A DNA stretch of 64,000 nucleotides, from NCBI GenBank assembly GCA_965208325.1, contig OZ242326.1:1472001-1536000 (forward strand), read 5' to 3'. Numbering within the stretch: position 1 is the stretch's first letter; each line of letters begins with the position of its first letter. The position numbers were made by a program, and so were the translations under genes. This DNA comes from Candidatus Poribacteria bacterium (lineage in GTDB: Bacteria; Poribacteria; WGA-4E; PCPOR2b). This document shows positions 19,187 through 28,700 of the stretch, piece by piece. Below the pieces are notes generated by a model that saw only the letters and a list, made by a program, of their open reading frames with translations, did not search any database and was not told where the DNA came from.

Positions 19187-19885
19187 ATGAAAAAGAGAGG
19201 CAAGCGATACCGGGAGATAGCGCAAGCCGTTGATCGCCTTAAGTCTTACGATTTAAATGAAGCATTACCTCTATTGAAAAAGACAGCGACTTCGAAGTTT
19301 GGAGAAACCGTGGATTTGGCTGTGCATCTCGGTGTTGACCCAAGACATGCAGAACAAAATATCCGCGGTACCGTTGCATTGCCGCACGGCACTGGTAGGG
19401 AGGTGCGTGTAGTTGTATTTGCCGAAGGTGAAAAAGCGCGCGAAGCAGAAGAGGCAGGCGCGGATGTCGTCGGCAGTGACGACCTTATTGAACGGATTGC
19501 CGGCGGCTGGTTGGAATTCGATGCTGTCGTGGCAACTCCGGATATGATGCGAAGAATTTCCTCGAAATTGGGGAGGATTCTTGGACCAAGAGGATTAATG
19601 CCTAATCCGAAGGCAGGAACCGTTACAATGGACGTTGGAGAGGCAATCGCTAATATCAAAGCCGGTCAGATTGAATACCGTGTCGAAAAGCAGTCAGGCG
19701 TCATTCATGTTCCTGTCGGCAAAAGTTCCTTTGATGCGCATCAGATTCAGGAGAATATTGAGACGGTCATGAGCACCTTGATTCGGGCGCGCCCCTCTTC
19801 AGCAAAAGGTAGGTATTTGAAGAGTGTAGCAATTTCGTCAACTATGGGCGTTGGGATTCGGCTGAATCCACAGCAATTTAGCTAA
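19187..19885 (+). CDS. rplA: 50S ribosomal protein L1
   Basis: LGVDPRHAEQNIRG, LPHGTG, LGPRGLMPNPKAGTVT, SSTMG. Confidence 0.98.
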   Translation: MKKRGKRYREIAQAVDRLKSYDLNEALPLLKKTATSKFGETVDLAVHLGVDPRHAEQNIRGTVALPHGTGREVRVVVFAEGEKAREAEEAGADVVGSDDLIERIAGGWLEFDAVVATPDMMRRISSKLGRILGPRGLMPNPKAGTVTMDVGEAIANIKAGQIEYRVEKQSGVIHVPVGKSSFDAHQIQENIETVMSTLIRARPSSAKGRYLKSVAISSTMGVGIRLNPQQFS

Positions 19886-20056
19886 TAGACTTCTTTCCAA
19901 AATAATTCCGCCGGCCGATAGCCCCAGACGGGATCTTCGATCGTCAAATCGAAGATAGTTTTTTCAGACAAATAGAAATCACTGTTACACATCAACATCT
20001 AGCCCCAGCGGGGCGGCAGGTGTAAAACGACTACCCTCACATTGGGCGAATACGCT

Positions 20057-20081
20057 GTAGGGGCAACCCTTGTGGTTGCCC
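20057..20081 (+). repeat. GTAG-type REP palindrome
   Basis: GTAG + GGGCAACC-CTTGT-GGTTGCCC hairpin. Confidence 0.7.
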
Positions 20082-20192
20082 TTAACGCTTCGGTTTTGTC
20101 AACCACATTGAGTTAATTAGGAAAGATGTCTAATACTAGGTTGCCTTGAAACTCACCGTTCGTGCTTAAAATTTGAATATCATTTTGAAGAG

Positions 20193-20252
20193 CGGTCGTA
20201 GACAGTAGGTGCAATTTGCTTAAATGAGAGATTCAGCCTACCGAGGCTTGCA
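20193..20252 (+). promoter_or_regulatory. L10 ribosomal-protein leader (autoregulatory RNA)
   Basis: GTCGTAGACAGTAGGT...TTAA...CCTACCGAGG pattern upstream of rplJ. Confidence 0.8.
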
Positions 20253-20314
20253 TCGCCATGAAGACGATAGGGATTAGGTTCTGAAGTTATGTGCCTATTG
20301 TCGAATTAGAAGTT

Positions 20315-20345
20315 AAGCCTCCAATATGATTGGAGGCTTTTTTTT
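20315..20345 (+). terminator. Intrinsic terminator/attenuator of the L10 leader
   Basis: AAGCCTCCAAT-ATG-ATTGGAGGCTT stem followed by a T run. Confidence 0.85.
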
Positions 20346-20412
20346 GGAGGTTTAGAATTTAACCTTGTATGTTAACAGGCACCAAGCCTGTGGCTGCGCG
20401 AGAGGATTTAGA

Positions 20413-20979
20413 ATGCCTAACCAGAAAAATGTCGAACAAGTCGAACAAATCCAGGAGCGTTTTCAGAATTCTGAAGTCATAATCCTGACAGACTTTCAGG
20501 GGCTGACAGTAGCGGAAATTAACGAACTGCGCCGTCAGCTGCACGAAAAAGGTATCCAATATAAAGTTTACAAAAATACGTTAATTCGTGTCGCCGCCCA
20601 ATCGTTGGGGATTGAGAGTTTAGAATCGTACCTCCATGGGACAACCGCCGTAGCATTAAGCAGTGACCCGGCGATGCCTTCGAAGATCTTTATGGATTTT
20701 AGCGAAGAACACGAAAACTTAAAGATTAAGGGGGGTATACTCGGTAAAAAGGTTATTGACGCCGCAGCGGTCGAGGAACTTGTCAATTTGCCGTCGCGTG
20801 ACCAGTTGATTGCGCGTGCGGTCGGTGGTTTAAGGTCGCCATTATCCGGCTTGATGTCCGTTTTACATCATGGTTCACCCTTGACCGGGCTGGTGAATGT
20901 ATTGAATGGTTCGATCCAACAAGTGACAACTGTTTTACAGGCAATTGCCGATCAGAAAAAAGAAGCCGAACAGGCATAA
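20413..20979 (+). CDS. rplJ: 50S ribosomal protein L10
   Basis: DFQGLTVAEINELRRQL, YKVYKNTL, LKIKGGIL, LPSRDQLIA; ATG after GAGGA. Confidence 0.96.
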   Translation: MPNQKNVEQVEQIQERFQNSEVIILTDFQGLTVAEINELRRQLHEKGIQYKVYKNTLIRVAAQSLGIESLESYLHGTTAVALSSDPAMPSKIFMDFSEEHENLKIKGGILGKKVIDAAAVEELVNLPSRDQLIARAVGGLRSPLSGLMSVLHHGSPLTGLVNVLNGSIQQVTTVLQAIADQKKEAEQA

Positions 20980-21012
20980 ATTTTAATTGATGATGAAGGA
21001 AGGAATTCAACA

Positions 21013-21411
21013 ATGGCTGATGTTGAAAAACTGATTGAGGAAATCAGTAATATGACGGTTCTGGAACTTTCGGAATTAGTGAAGGCTTTAGAAGATAAAT
21101 TTGGTGTCAGTGCAGCTGCGCCGATGATGGTGGCGGGCGCCGCTGCGCCGGCGGGAACAGCGGAAGGTCCTGCTGCCGAAGAAGCTCCGGAAGAGGAGCA
21201 AACAGAGTTTAATGTACAGTTGAAAGAAATCGGCCCGAACAAGATTCCCGTTATCAAAGAGGTGCGGGCTATCTCCGGGCTTGGCTTAAAAGAGGCTAAA
21301 GAGAAGGTTGAATCGGCGCCGACAGTTATCCAAGAAGGCGTCAACAAAGAGGATGCCGAGAAGTTTAAAGCCCAGTTGGAAGCAGTTGGTGCAGTTGTAG
21401 AAATACTCTAA
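21013..21411 (+). CDS. rplL: 50S ribosomal protein L7/L12
   Basis: [44 protein letters not shown]. Confidence 0.98.
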   Translation: MADVEKLIEEISNMTVLELSELVKALEDKFGVSAAAPMMVAGAAAPAGTAEGPAAEEAPEEEQTEFNVQLKEIGPNKIPVIKEVRAISGLGLKEAKEKVESAPTVIQEGVNKEDAEKFKAQLEAVGAVVEIL

Positions 21412-21434
21412 ATATAATTTTCTCAAAAATAACT

Positions 21435-21520
21435 AACCCAATAGGAAGTAAAACCGTCGAGAGTCGCGGGTTTGACTCGCGATCGACACATTGAATTCGC
21501 TTCTTATTGGGTTTTCTTTT
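21435..21520 (+). terminator. Large hairpin with U-rich tail after rplL
   Basis: AACCCAATAGGAAG (21435-21448) pairs with CTTCTTATTGGGTT (21500-21513) around an inner GTCGA/GAGTC..GACTC/TCGAC stem, then TTCTTTT. Confidence 0.55.
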
Positions 21521-21544
21521 ACGTATGGAGTCGGTTCACCCACG

Positions 21545-22378
21545 ATGATTCACATTTTTTATCTTGTTTTTAGCCAATTGGCAGTCGGTGGTTTGGGGTT
21601 GCTGCTTATTATTCCCAAGGGTTTAGTTGGCCGCGGCTTTTACAGGCTGATGGGATCAATTTATCTCTTAGTCATGATCTTAACGCGTTTTGCAAACCTT
21701 GCGATTAACCGTCAACCAATCAGCCTCAAAAACTTCGTCTTCTCATGGAGTGGACACGATTCTGCATTCGTCGCCGCCTTCTTGTTTCTGACGTTAATTT
21801 ACACAATTAGCCTATGGATGAAATCTCAATTCATTAGTCGAGGCCTCCTATTCATTGCGACAATTTTGGGGGTCACGTGGATTGTCAACAGCGCCCAAGC
21901 CTACTTAGGTAAAATCGATCTGCCGGCGGAGGCATTCCTGTTGCCCCTTCAGTTTTTGGTTTCATCCGTTCTGCTTGGTGCGGTGAATAGCGGCATGTGG
22001 TTTGGCCATTGGTATCTCGTTACCCCGCGCCTGCCTGTCGTTCATTTAAAGAGATTTAATCTTATCTTTCTTGTTTCACTCGTCATCTCAATTGCCCTAT
22101 TTGCGCTTAACCTCTTTCTTAGATGGCAATCTGAGAACGCTACTCCGCTAACCCCATTTCATCATATTGTTTTTAGCCTCAGGCTGCTGGTTGGATTCGG
22201 CGGATCTGTCATACTGTATTTCATAACGTGGTACTGCCTGCGCGAAAAAGCGGTGGAACACGATGCCGTCGGCGCAACACGGGCTGCGACAGGTTTTCTT
22301 TATGTCGCTATGTTGACCGTGTTCACGGGTGAACTTTGTGGACGGCTGCTTTGTTTGGAAATTGGGTTTATATTGTGA
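21545..22378 (+). CDS. Multi-pass (about 8 TM) membrane protein of unknown function
   Basis: Successive hydrophobic helices, GMWFGHWYLVTPRL and ATGFLYVA..GEL motifs; ATG after GGAG. Confidence 0.75.
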   Translation: MIHIFYLVFSQLAVGGLGLLLIIPKGLVGRGFYRLMGSIYLLVMILTRFANLAINRQPISLKNFVFSWSGHDSAFVAAFLFLTLIYTISLWMKSQFISRGLLFIATILGVTWIVNSAQAYLGKIDLPAEAFLLPLQFLVSSVLLGAVNSGMWFGHWYLVTPRLPVVHLKRFNLIFLVSLVISIALFALNLFLRWQSENATPLTPFHHIVFSLRLLVGFGGSVILYFITWYCLREKAVEHDAVGATRAATGFLYVAMLTVFTGELCGRLLCLEIGFIL

Positions 22379-22418
22379 TTGGGCGAAGGGATAAAACCTT
22401 GGATGGAGTCGGAAAAGA

Positions 22419-24020
22419 TTACGGCAGAGATTTATTAAGTGTAGCATCAAGCCTATGAAGAGCAGCATCTTTGACGGTGGGATTTGATTTGTATCGGTAA
22501 TAATGGTTGAATACTTTGCTTACATGCCGTTCGGTTTGGCGCATTAACGGGACATCTTTTTTTACGCGGCCAGGGCCCGCATTGTATGCGGCAATTGCAA
22601 GCGCGAGGTTGCCATCGTACCGTTTTATCATACGGCTCAGATACCTAACGCCGGCTTCTAAGTTTTTGTGCGGATTAAAGCGTTCATCCGTTTGCGCATT
22701 TTGTGATGGCTTGCGTGGATTCCGATAATTTGGCACTTTCAATCCAAGTTCCCGACCTGTGAAAGACATCAACTGTGTAAGTCCAACCGCCCCTGACTTC
22801 GAAATCGCATTCGGCTGGAAGTTTGATTCTACCCGCACCATGGCGAGAACAAGTTCAAGCTCGACGCCGTAAACATTCGCAATCTTAACGGTTGAAGAAG
22901 TATCAGTGGCCGCATTGACCGTTACCGGTTGCCGCGTTTTCTCGCGGAGTGCTGGGCGCGCGGAGGATTGATGGGTGTTAGAGGTGGGTTCATCAGGGTT
23001 GGAGATGGATTGATTAGAGTTGAGGACGGATTGATTAGGGTTTGGAGTAGATTGATCGGTTTTGGTTTTCGGGAGAGGGCCAAATGTAGCGCCGACCGAA
23101 AGAATATGTTTATATTCCAGACTAGGCTGAGCCAAGTAAGCATAGTGGATTAGTTTGCCCCAGCGGTTAATAGAAAGGCCTAAACTCCAGTTTAACGGTT
23201 TTTCCGGCCTTCTAAAATCAACTGCTGAACCCAACCGAAAAGCGATGCCGTGCGCTCCCGTTTCCGCTCCCGCTTTAAACTTCCGTGCCGTCGCGTCCAA
23301 CATGCTATTCAACTGCAAATGCTTGAGGGGGGTCCACGACGCACCCAACGCAAACTGCGTATCATACGTCTCAAGAACATGTCCATTTCTGTCCGGAATC
23401 TTTACACCCGCAATGTCAAACCCGCTTGCGCCCAATATGAGATTTGGGGAAATTTTCACGATTAATCCCAAGTCATAATTCTGCTTCCATCTACTGCCGA
23501 GGTAAGGGGCGCGCCGATACCCGATATTTCCCCCAATCATCCAATTTGCGTTCAATGATCTCGCATAGGACAGGATGGCTTGATTACGCCCTCTCTCGAA
23601 AGTGCCGATTGGGTTGTTCGGATGGTCAAATAAGAAACGATCGTCACCCTTCAGATCCAGCAGGCTGAAACCAAACGTCCCAACGTTGTGATGAATTGGA
23701 TACCCAACAGAAAATGCGCCCTGAGAAAGATCGTAGATAAAGTTCCCCTGTTGCAGGCTCGCAATTCCCGCAGGATTCCATAACGCCCCTGTTGAATCAT
23801 CAACGCTGCTGATATAGGCGCCGCCCATCCCCAATGCCCGGGCTCCGATTTCAGGACGATCCGCAGCCACGGCGAATGAAGCGAACCATAGCGGTATGAG
23901 CGCGGCGCCAACCGTGAAATGATGACTACGCTTATGACAACTGAATGTAGCGAGCGCTATCCACGCTCTTGCCTTTCCACCGAATTTCAAAATGTAGATG
24001 AGGACCTGTTGCATGCCCAC
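22419..24020 (-). CDS. PorV/UPF0164-like outer-membrane beta-barrel fused to an SLT lytic transglycosylase (start uncertain)
   Basis: Signal-like FASFAVAA, GARALGMGGAY...DD.....WNPAG, amphipathic strands; C-terminal VESNFQPNAISKSGAVGLTQLM and AAYNAGPG. Confidence 0.8.
   Translation of the reverse strand: MGMQQVLIYILKFGGKARAWIALATFSCHKRSHHFTVGAALIPLWFASFAVAADRPEIGARALGMGGAYISSVDDSTGALWNPAGIASLQQGNFIYDLSQGAFSVGYPIHHNVGTFGFSLLDLKGDDRFLFDHPNNPIGTFERGRNQAILSYARSLNANWMIGGNIGYRRAPYLGSRWKQNYDLGLIVKISPNLILGASGFDIAGVKIPDRNGHVLETYDTQFALGASWTPLKHLQLNSMLDATARKFKAGAETGAHGIAFRLGSAVDFRRPEKPLNWSLGLSINRWGKLIHYAYLAQPSLEYKHILSVGATFGPLPKTKTDQSTPNPNQSVLNSNQSISNPDEPTSNTHQSSARPALREKTRQPVTVNAATDTSSTVKIANVYGVELELVLAMVRVESNFQPNAISKSGAVGLTQLMSFTGRELGLKVPNYRNPRKPSQNAQTDERFNPHKNLEAGVRYLSRMIKRYDGNLALAIAAYNAGPGRVKKDVPLMRQTERHVSKVFNHYYRYKSNPTVKDAALHRLDATLNKSLP
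22953..23057 (-). repeat. Five degenerate 21-nt (7-aa) tandem repeats in the linker
   Basis: DQSTPNP-NQSVLNS-NQSISNP-DEPTSNT-HQSSARP. Confidence 0.75.
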
Positions 24021-24780
24021 TACTCCCGCTTAACCCAATAAACTGTCCACGTTTCACTCTCTGACCGGTTTTTACTCGAATGGCTGACAGGTGTCCATAC
24101 CATGTTGAATACCCGCCCGTATGTTCGATGACAACGATTCGCCCATATCCGCCGTCCCACTTCGCTCGAACGACTCTCCCACTTTTGGATGCGTAGACAC
24201 GTGTTCTCGGTTTGGCTCGGAAATCCGTGCCGTGGTGGAACCTCAACCTTTTACTAATGGGGTGGCGGCGGTAACCGTAATTAGAAGTAACCGTCAAACG
24301 CGTGCGCAGTGGGGCTCTGAAGCCGATTGCATGAGGACCGGGGATGAATAGCTTCTGCTTAGGCCGAATCAGGTGCGGAGATCGCAACTTGGGATTGGCG
24401 CTTCTTATGCTTGGCCACGAAACGTTGTGTTTGCGTGCAATTTCGGATAATGTGTCCCCTTGCTTAACTTTATACCAAGTGCCATCTTGCCGCTGGGAAG
24501 GTGCGACCCGGGGGATAAATAACTTTTTTCCAATGGGGAGGCGGCGTGCAGAAGGAATACGATTGTTGCTAAAAATGGACCGGACGGATACGTTGTATTT
24601 CTTCGCAATGCCCGATACGGTATCACCCTTACGTACCCGATGGTATAAACCCCATGCCTGAGACGCGGCTGCTAATGTTGATTCTGTCACAAGAAAGAAA
24701 ATCAGGATGGCGACGATTGCGCTTTTAAACGAAAAACGAGATCGCAAATAATGGCCGGCACTCGGTGAACACTCTTGCAT
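23932..24780 (-). CDS. 2xLysM + M23 metallo-endopeptidase
   Basis: Two LysM repeats (V..GDT...IA.K.NVS), HHGTD, YGHL, TGPHLHFEIR. Confidence 0.93.
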   Translation of the reverse strand: MQECSPSAGHYLRSRFSFKSAIVAILIFFLVTESTLAAASQAWGLYHRVRKGDTVSGIAKKYNVSVRSIFSNNRIPSARRLPIGKKLFIPRVAPSQRQDGTWYKVKQGDTLSEIARKHNVSWPSIRSANPKLRSPHLIRPKQKLFIPGPHAIGFRAPLRTRLTVTSNYGYRRHPISKRLRFHHGTDFRAKPRTRVYASKSGRVVRAKWDGGYGRIVVIEHTGGYSTWYGHLSAIRVKTGQRVKRGQFIGLSGSSGHATGPHLHFEIRWKGKSVDSARYIQLS

Positions 24781-24944
24781 CTAATACTCCTTCATAACGG
24801 ATGGGTTTATGAAAAAATCGTTTGCTGAGACTCCTGGCGCGATTTTGCGATATGAGGGCCGCACTAAACCTCTAAAGATTCATTGGTACGGTGTCTCGCT
24901 CTCCCGCGAAATTGGTACTTCGTTTATACGAAAACGTCCGCAAA

Positions 24945-25433
24945 TTAACTCGGTGTGACTGTTAGCAATATCGTTTTGGTATCTGTAAGAACTTCGGTAT
25001 CGGTATCAACGCCTGATTCCTTAACCGAAATGACTTGGCTGACTCCTGTGGCAATCAGTTGTATGACTTCAACCTTGACTTCAAGGGAATCCAAAGACTT
25101 AGGCGCTGTCCAGAGCGCGCTGTGTTGGTTTACAACGGAAAGCTCTCCGTAACCTGTTACGTTCACCCAATTGAGTATTAGGTTTGTACCTCGAATTCCG
25201 TCAACGGTCGCCTTCAAGTTGACCGCCTCTCCCGTCTGTACAGTGCTTTTGCTCACCTCAACAGCAACGTTGAGTGATTGGTGATTTGCGTCTACCTGTG
25301 TCAAATTATCGGTGTCTTCTTCCGGTTCCTGCACTGGATTCTGAATGCTGCTTCCGCCGCAACCAACCAGCAATAAGACGAATCCCAATAATACGATATG
25401 TGAACAGATCGGTTGTTTGCATAAATTTATCAT
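24945..25433 (-). CDS. Putative lipoprotein (Ig-like beta content)
   Basis: Lipobox LVGC after a hydrophobic stretch; AGGAGAGGA RBS. Confidence 0.7.
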   Translation of the reverse strand: MINLCKQPICSHIVLLGFVLLLVGCGGSSIQNPVQEPEEDTDNLTQVDANHQSLNVAVEVSKSTVQTGEAVNLKATVDGIRGTNLILNWVNVTGYGELSVVNQHSALWTAPKSLDSLEVKVEVIQLIATGVSQVISVKESGVDTDTEVLTDTKTILLTVTPS

Positions 25434-25584
25434 TGTCCTCTCCTTGAGCGCGAAACTTGAAAGATTAAGATGTATTGAAAAAACGTCCCAATGATTCGTA
25501 AAGTTTCAATAAGACGCAGAGAGAACTCGTGCAAAATGCCAATCTTACTAACTGTTGCCGCGTACTGGTGTACAGGAAAAAAGG

Positions 25585-26262
25585 TCAGGTACGCTTCACA
25601 CAATAAACCGAAATGGTTGACAGGCGTTCTTCCGGAAACACGACGTAAACCTGTTTTTCATGCGAAAAACCACAAAACTCAAGTAGTTTCAAAAATCCGA
25701 CAGCGTTGCTTCGGCTCGGTTCCGAGATTATAGCTTCACCATCCGCGGCGAGATACGTCTGTAACACAGCGATGAGGGGTTGCCAGTTTTTTTCCTCGTA
25801 GATGAGATCTGATGCTAGGATGAATGAAAATTTTCCATTCACGCACGGCGCGTTCCAATCCATTTGGGCGAATGCCGCTCTGTCTTCATACCCATGCTGC
25901 CAAACGTTGTAACGAGCTAACAGTAATGCCTGTATTTCACAGTCGGTAAACAGTACCTTGCCGCCTTGCTGGCATCCCACAATTCCAGCGAGTCCTAATC
26001 CACAACCGACCTCCAAGATGCGCTGCCCCGCCAATCTCGCATCAAGATGAAGGTGGTGCGCTAAACCAATTGATGAAGACCACAGATATATCCAGTAAGG
26101 AAGATGTAGTGTTCCGTCATAATCCTCTCTACTTAATGTCTCAAGAAACGAATCCGGTTCCTCCACCACGGTCATAGACATCTGCCGAGATGGGAGTTGA
26201 ATGATTCGTTCGGTTAATGGAAAACGGTCTTCAATTTGTCGGAGAAAGTCGAGATTCTGCAT
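25585..26262 (-). CDS. SAM-dependent methyltransferase (Methyltransf_16 / protein-lysine MTase-like)
   Basis: PYW..LWSSS, ILEVGCGLGLAG, FTD, MDW, ASDLIYE. Confidence 0.85.
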   Translation of the reverse strand: MQNLDFLRQIEDRFPLTERIIQLPSRQMSMTVVEEPDSFLETLSREDYDGTLHLPYWIYLWSSSIGLAHHLHLDARLAGQRILEVGCGLGLAGIVGCQQGGKVLFTDCEIQALLLARYNVWQHGYEDRAAFAQMDWNAPCVNGKFSFILASDLIYEEKNWQPLIAVLQTYLAADGEAIISEPSRSNAVGFLKLLEFCGFSHEKQVYVVFPEERLSTISVYCVKRT

Positions 26263-26469
26263 GACCGTAGAACGGACCGCGCTGAAATGCTACTAGATTG
26301 CGACTTGGAATAGCGTGAAAATCTTCACGCTCAATCCAGGACCCCGGTGAACTCTCATTCGTTCAAGGCAAAATGCACCCAGCACTCTGCAGAAGAACAG
26401 CTATTCAGTCAATCATGCACCTATCCCGTGCAATTCCGTGCTTGATGCTTCGCTCCAAAGCGGCGCTCT

Positions 26470-27141
26470 CTATACGAACGCGAACACGCGCGTCGGAGCT
26501 CCGGAACTGCGTACTAATTTCAGTGGTGCAATCACAACGTAAAAATTTGTGGGTGCAAGGCTCAGATTGCACAGATCTTCCACTTGCGGAATACCTGCGC
26601 CGAGAAAGGTGTGATGGGCGGGAAACTCTTCTGTCTGGTGTCCGGACATGGCATCAATGCTGCACGCGTCCGTACCAATAACCTTTATGCCTTTCTCTGT
26701 GAGCAGTTCAGCAGCATCACCGCTAAAGCCGATCCACTTACGATTGAAGATGTCCTGAAATGCATATCTGTCCATTCCGGTTCTCATAAATACGATGCTT
26801 CCCGGAGAAATATCCCCGTTCCTAGCCATCCAAGAATCAACATCTCTCGCATTTACGGCATCTTCCGGTTGCTTGGATTCAGAAAAATCCATCAAGACAG
26901 CGTGACCCGTCAACTTATCTTGAGGGATTTCGGCGATAGTATACCCATCGGCATACATCAGGCACGGAACGTCGATATGCGTGGAATAGTGGCCGGATAA
27001 GTCAACGCGGCTCTCAAAGTAACCGTCCTTCTCCATTGTTGCTGTGTCGTAAATTCTGGCAGGCTGGATTGGGAGTTCCCGCGGACTGTCTTCATCGACT
27101 GGGTAGGACAGATCGATGACCTTCTGAAAATTGATTTGCAT
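26470..27141 (-). CDS. Cyclase family metal-dependent hydrolase (kynurenine formamidase-like)
   Basis: HYSTHIDVP, MRTG, IGTD..SID, H..FLG, E.L.NL, PLKL...SGAPTRV. Confidence 0.87.
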   Translation of the reverse strand: MQINFQKVIDLSYPVDEDSPRELPIQPARIYDTATMEKDGYFESRVDLSGHYSTHIDVPCLMYADGYTIAEIPQDKLTGHAVLMDFSESKQPEDAVNARDVDSWMARNGDISPGSIVFMRTGMDRYAFQDIFNRKWIGFSGDAAELLTEKGIKVIGTDACSIDAMSGHQTEEFPAHHTFLGAGIPQVEDLCNLSLAPTNFYVVIAPLKLVRSSGAPTRVFAFV

Positions 27142-27394
27142 TTCTATTGGTACTCTACATTTATCAGCGTTTTCTCTTGAACAATTCGGTAGATTATAGC
27201 ACTGAATCGCTTCAAAATCAAGTCTGAAATCGCAATAAATTAAATTGCGGAGGTACTCTTTTCCGCTCTGAGAATCTCGCGGCAGAAGTAGCTTAAATTC
27301 AAAATTCGCCTATTGATTTTCGATGTCTCGTCAACCCGCCGCAAATTCAGATTCGGTGCATAATCGGCGGCGGCAAACCGCACGTGTTTCGCAC

Positions 27395-27423
27395 TTGACG
27401 GTCATGTACCGCCATGGTAAAAT
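27395..27423 (+). promoter_or_regulatory. Putative sigma70 promoter
   Basis: TTGACG-N17-TAAAAT with TGn extension. Confidence 0.65.
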
Positions 27424-27538
27424 TCGGTTCTCTCTGCACACTGTAAAGTATACGGGTGGATTTAAAGTCTAGTTCTACGCGAGCATCTTTAACATAAGGT
27501 AAACTGGTTGTTGTTGTAAATGAGGAGGAATCACGTTC

Positions 27539-28663
27539 ATGGCATTGAAAGTCGCCGTGGTCGGTTTAAGCGGAATCGGTACTAACCATGCAACCTGTTA
27601 CGCAACCGACGAGTTGGCGGAGTTCGTAGCTGTCTGTGACGTTATCAAAGAGCGTGCGGACAGCGTGGCGGAGCAGTTCGGTGTGAATGCCTACTACAGT
27701 CTCAAGGAGATGCTGGAGTGCGAATCCGAGCTTGACATTGTCGATGTCAGCACGGGAGGGAATGAGAACGGCAGTTGGCATTACGAGCCGACTATGCAGG
27801 CGTTAGAGGCTGGCAAGCATGTTCTCGTCGAGAAACCGCTCTCCAATGATATTCACGAAGCACGGGAAATGGTCGCCAAAGCAGAAGAGCATAACGTCTA
27901 CTTAGGCTGCAACTTGAACCACTATTTCACACCTCCGGCAGATCGGGCGAAGCAGTATATTCGGGATGGTGAAGTGGGAGAACTTGTTTACTGCTTGCAT
28001 AAGATAGGGTTCCCCGGCAGCGAATCGACCTATCGTCCTCTAGACTCATCCAAAATTAAGGGCTTCCCGTATTTTCACATGAAAGCTTTTCTTTCCCACC
28101 CATTCAGTGTAATGCGGTATTTCTGCGGAGATGTTACACACGTGCAGGCATTTATCGGTAGGCCAAGCTTTCGCAAAAGTGCGGGCGATGTCATGTTGTC
28201 AATCAACAGCATTCACGTCAAATTTGCGAACAACTGCGTCGGATACCTTCTTAGCCAACGCGGCGACGCGACATTTGGCTTGGGGGGCTGGTGGAGTATT
28301 GAAGTGGGCGGAACCCGAGGCACGTTCTGCGTGGAAAATTGCATTGAGAAAGTAACATTCTGGCATGGCACCGGGACTGCCTCACAACCTGACAAATTGG
28401 ATGTCGGGGCATCATCAATGCCCACCGTTACAAATTCCGGTGTAAAGGACTTCGGACGGACTTTTCCCCTTAGAATTCAGGCTTTTCTGGAAGACATTAC
28501 AAATAATGTACATCAAGACCATCTCAGGGCATCCGGCAGGGATGCATTGGCAGCGCTAGAATACACATGGGCAGCCATGGAATCTTATGAACAAGGCGGT
28601 ATTCTCGTACGTCCCCATCCATTGCCTCCATTGCGCGGCAACGTCAAAAGTCATGCGGATTAG
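27539..28663 (+). CDS. Gfo/Idh/MocA family oxidoreductase
   Basis: Rossmann VAVVGLSGIG, ALEAGKHVLVEKP. Confidence 0.9.
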   Translation: MALKVAVVGLSGIGTNHATCYATDELAEFVAVCDVIKERADSVAEQFGVNAYYSLKEMLECESELDIVDVSTGGNENGSWHYEPTMQALEAGKHVLVEKPLSNDIHEAREMVAKAEEHNVYLGCNLNHYFTPPADRAKQYIRDGEVGELVYCLHKIGFPGSESTYRPLDSSKIKGFPYFHMKAFLSHPFSVMRYFCGDVTHVQAFIGRPSFRKSAGDVMLSINSIHVKFANNCVGYLLSQRGDATFGLGGWWSIEVGGTRGTFCVENCIEKVTFWHGTGTASQPDKLDVGASSMPTVTNSGVKDFGRTFPLRIQAFLEDITNNVHQDHLRASGRDALAALEYTWAAMESYEQGGILVRPHPLPPLRGNVKSHAD

Positions 28664-28700
28664 CTGGCGAAATTCTAAAAAGTCCTGTTTTTGACATGCG

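Noticed and set aside
24781..24944. c-di-AMP riboswitch before the LysM-M23 gene
   Set aside because: No GCTGAA/GGGGA core motifs
25470..25510. SigW-like promoter (TGAAAC...CGTT) upstream of the lipoprotein gene
   Set aside because: Spacing is 17 and the -10 differs from the GTCTA seen at the ECF gene; too weak to call
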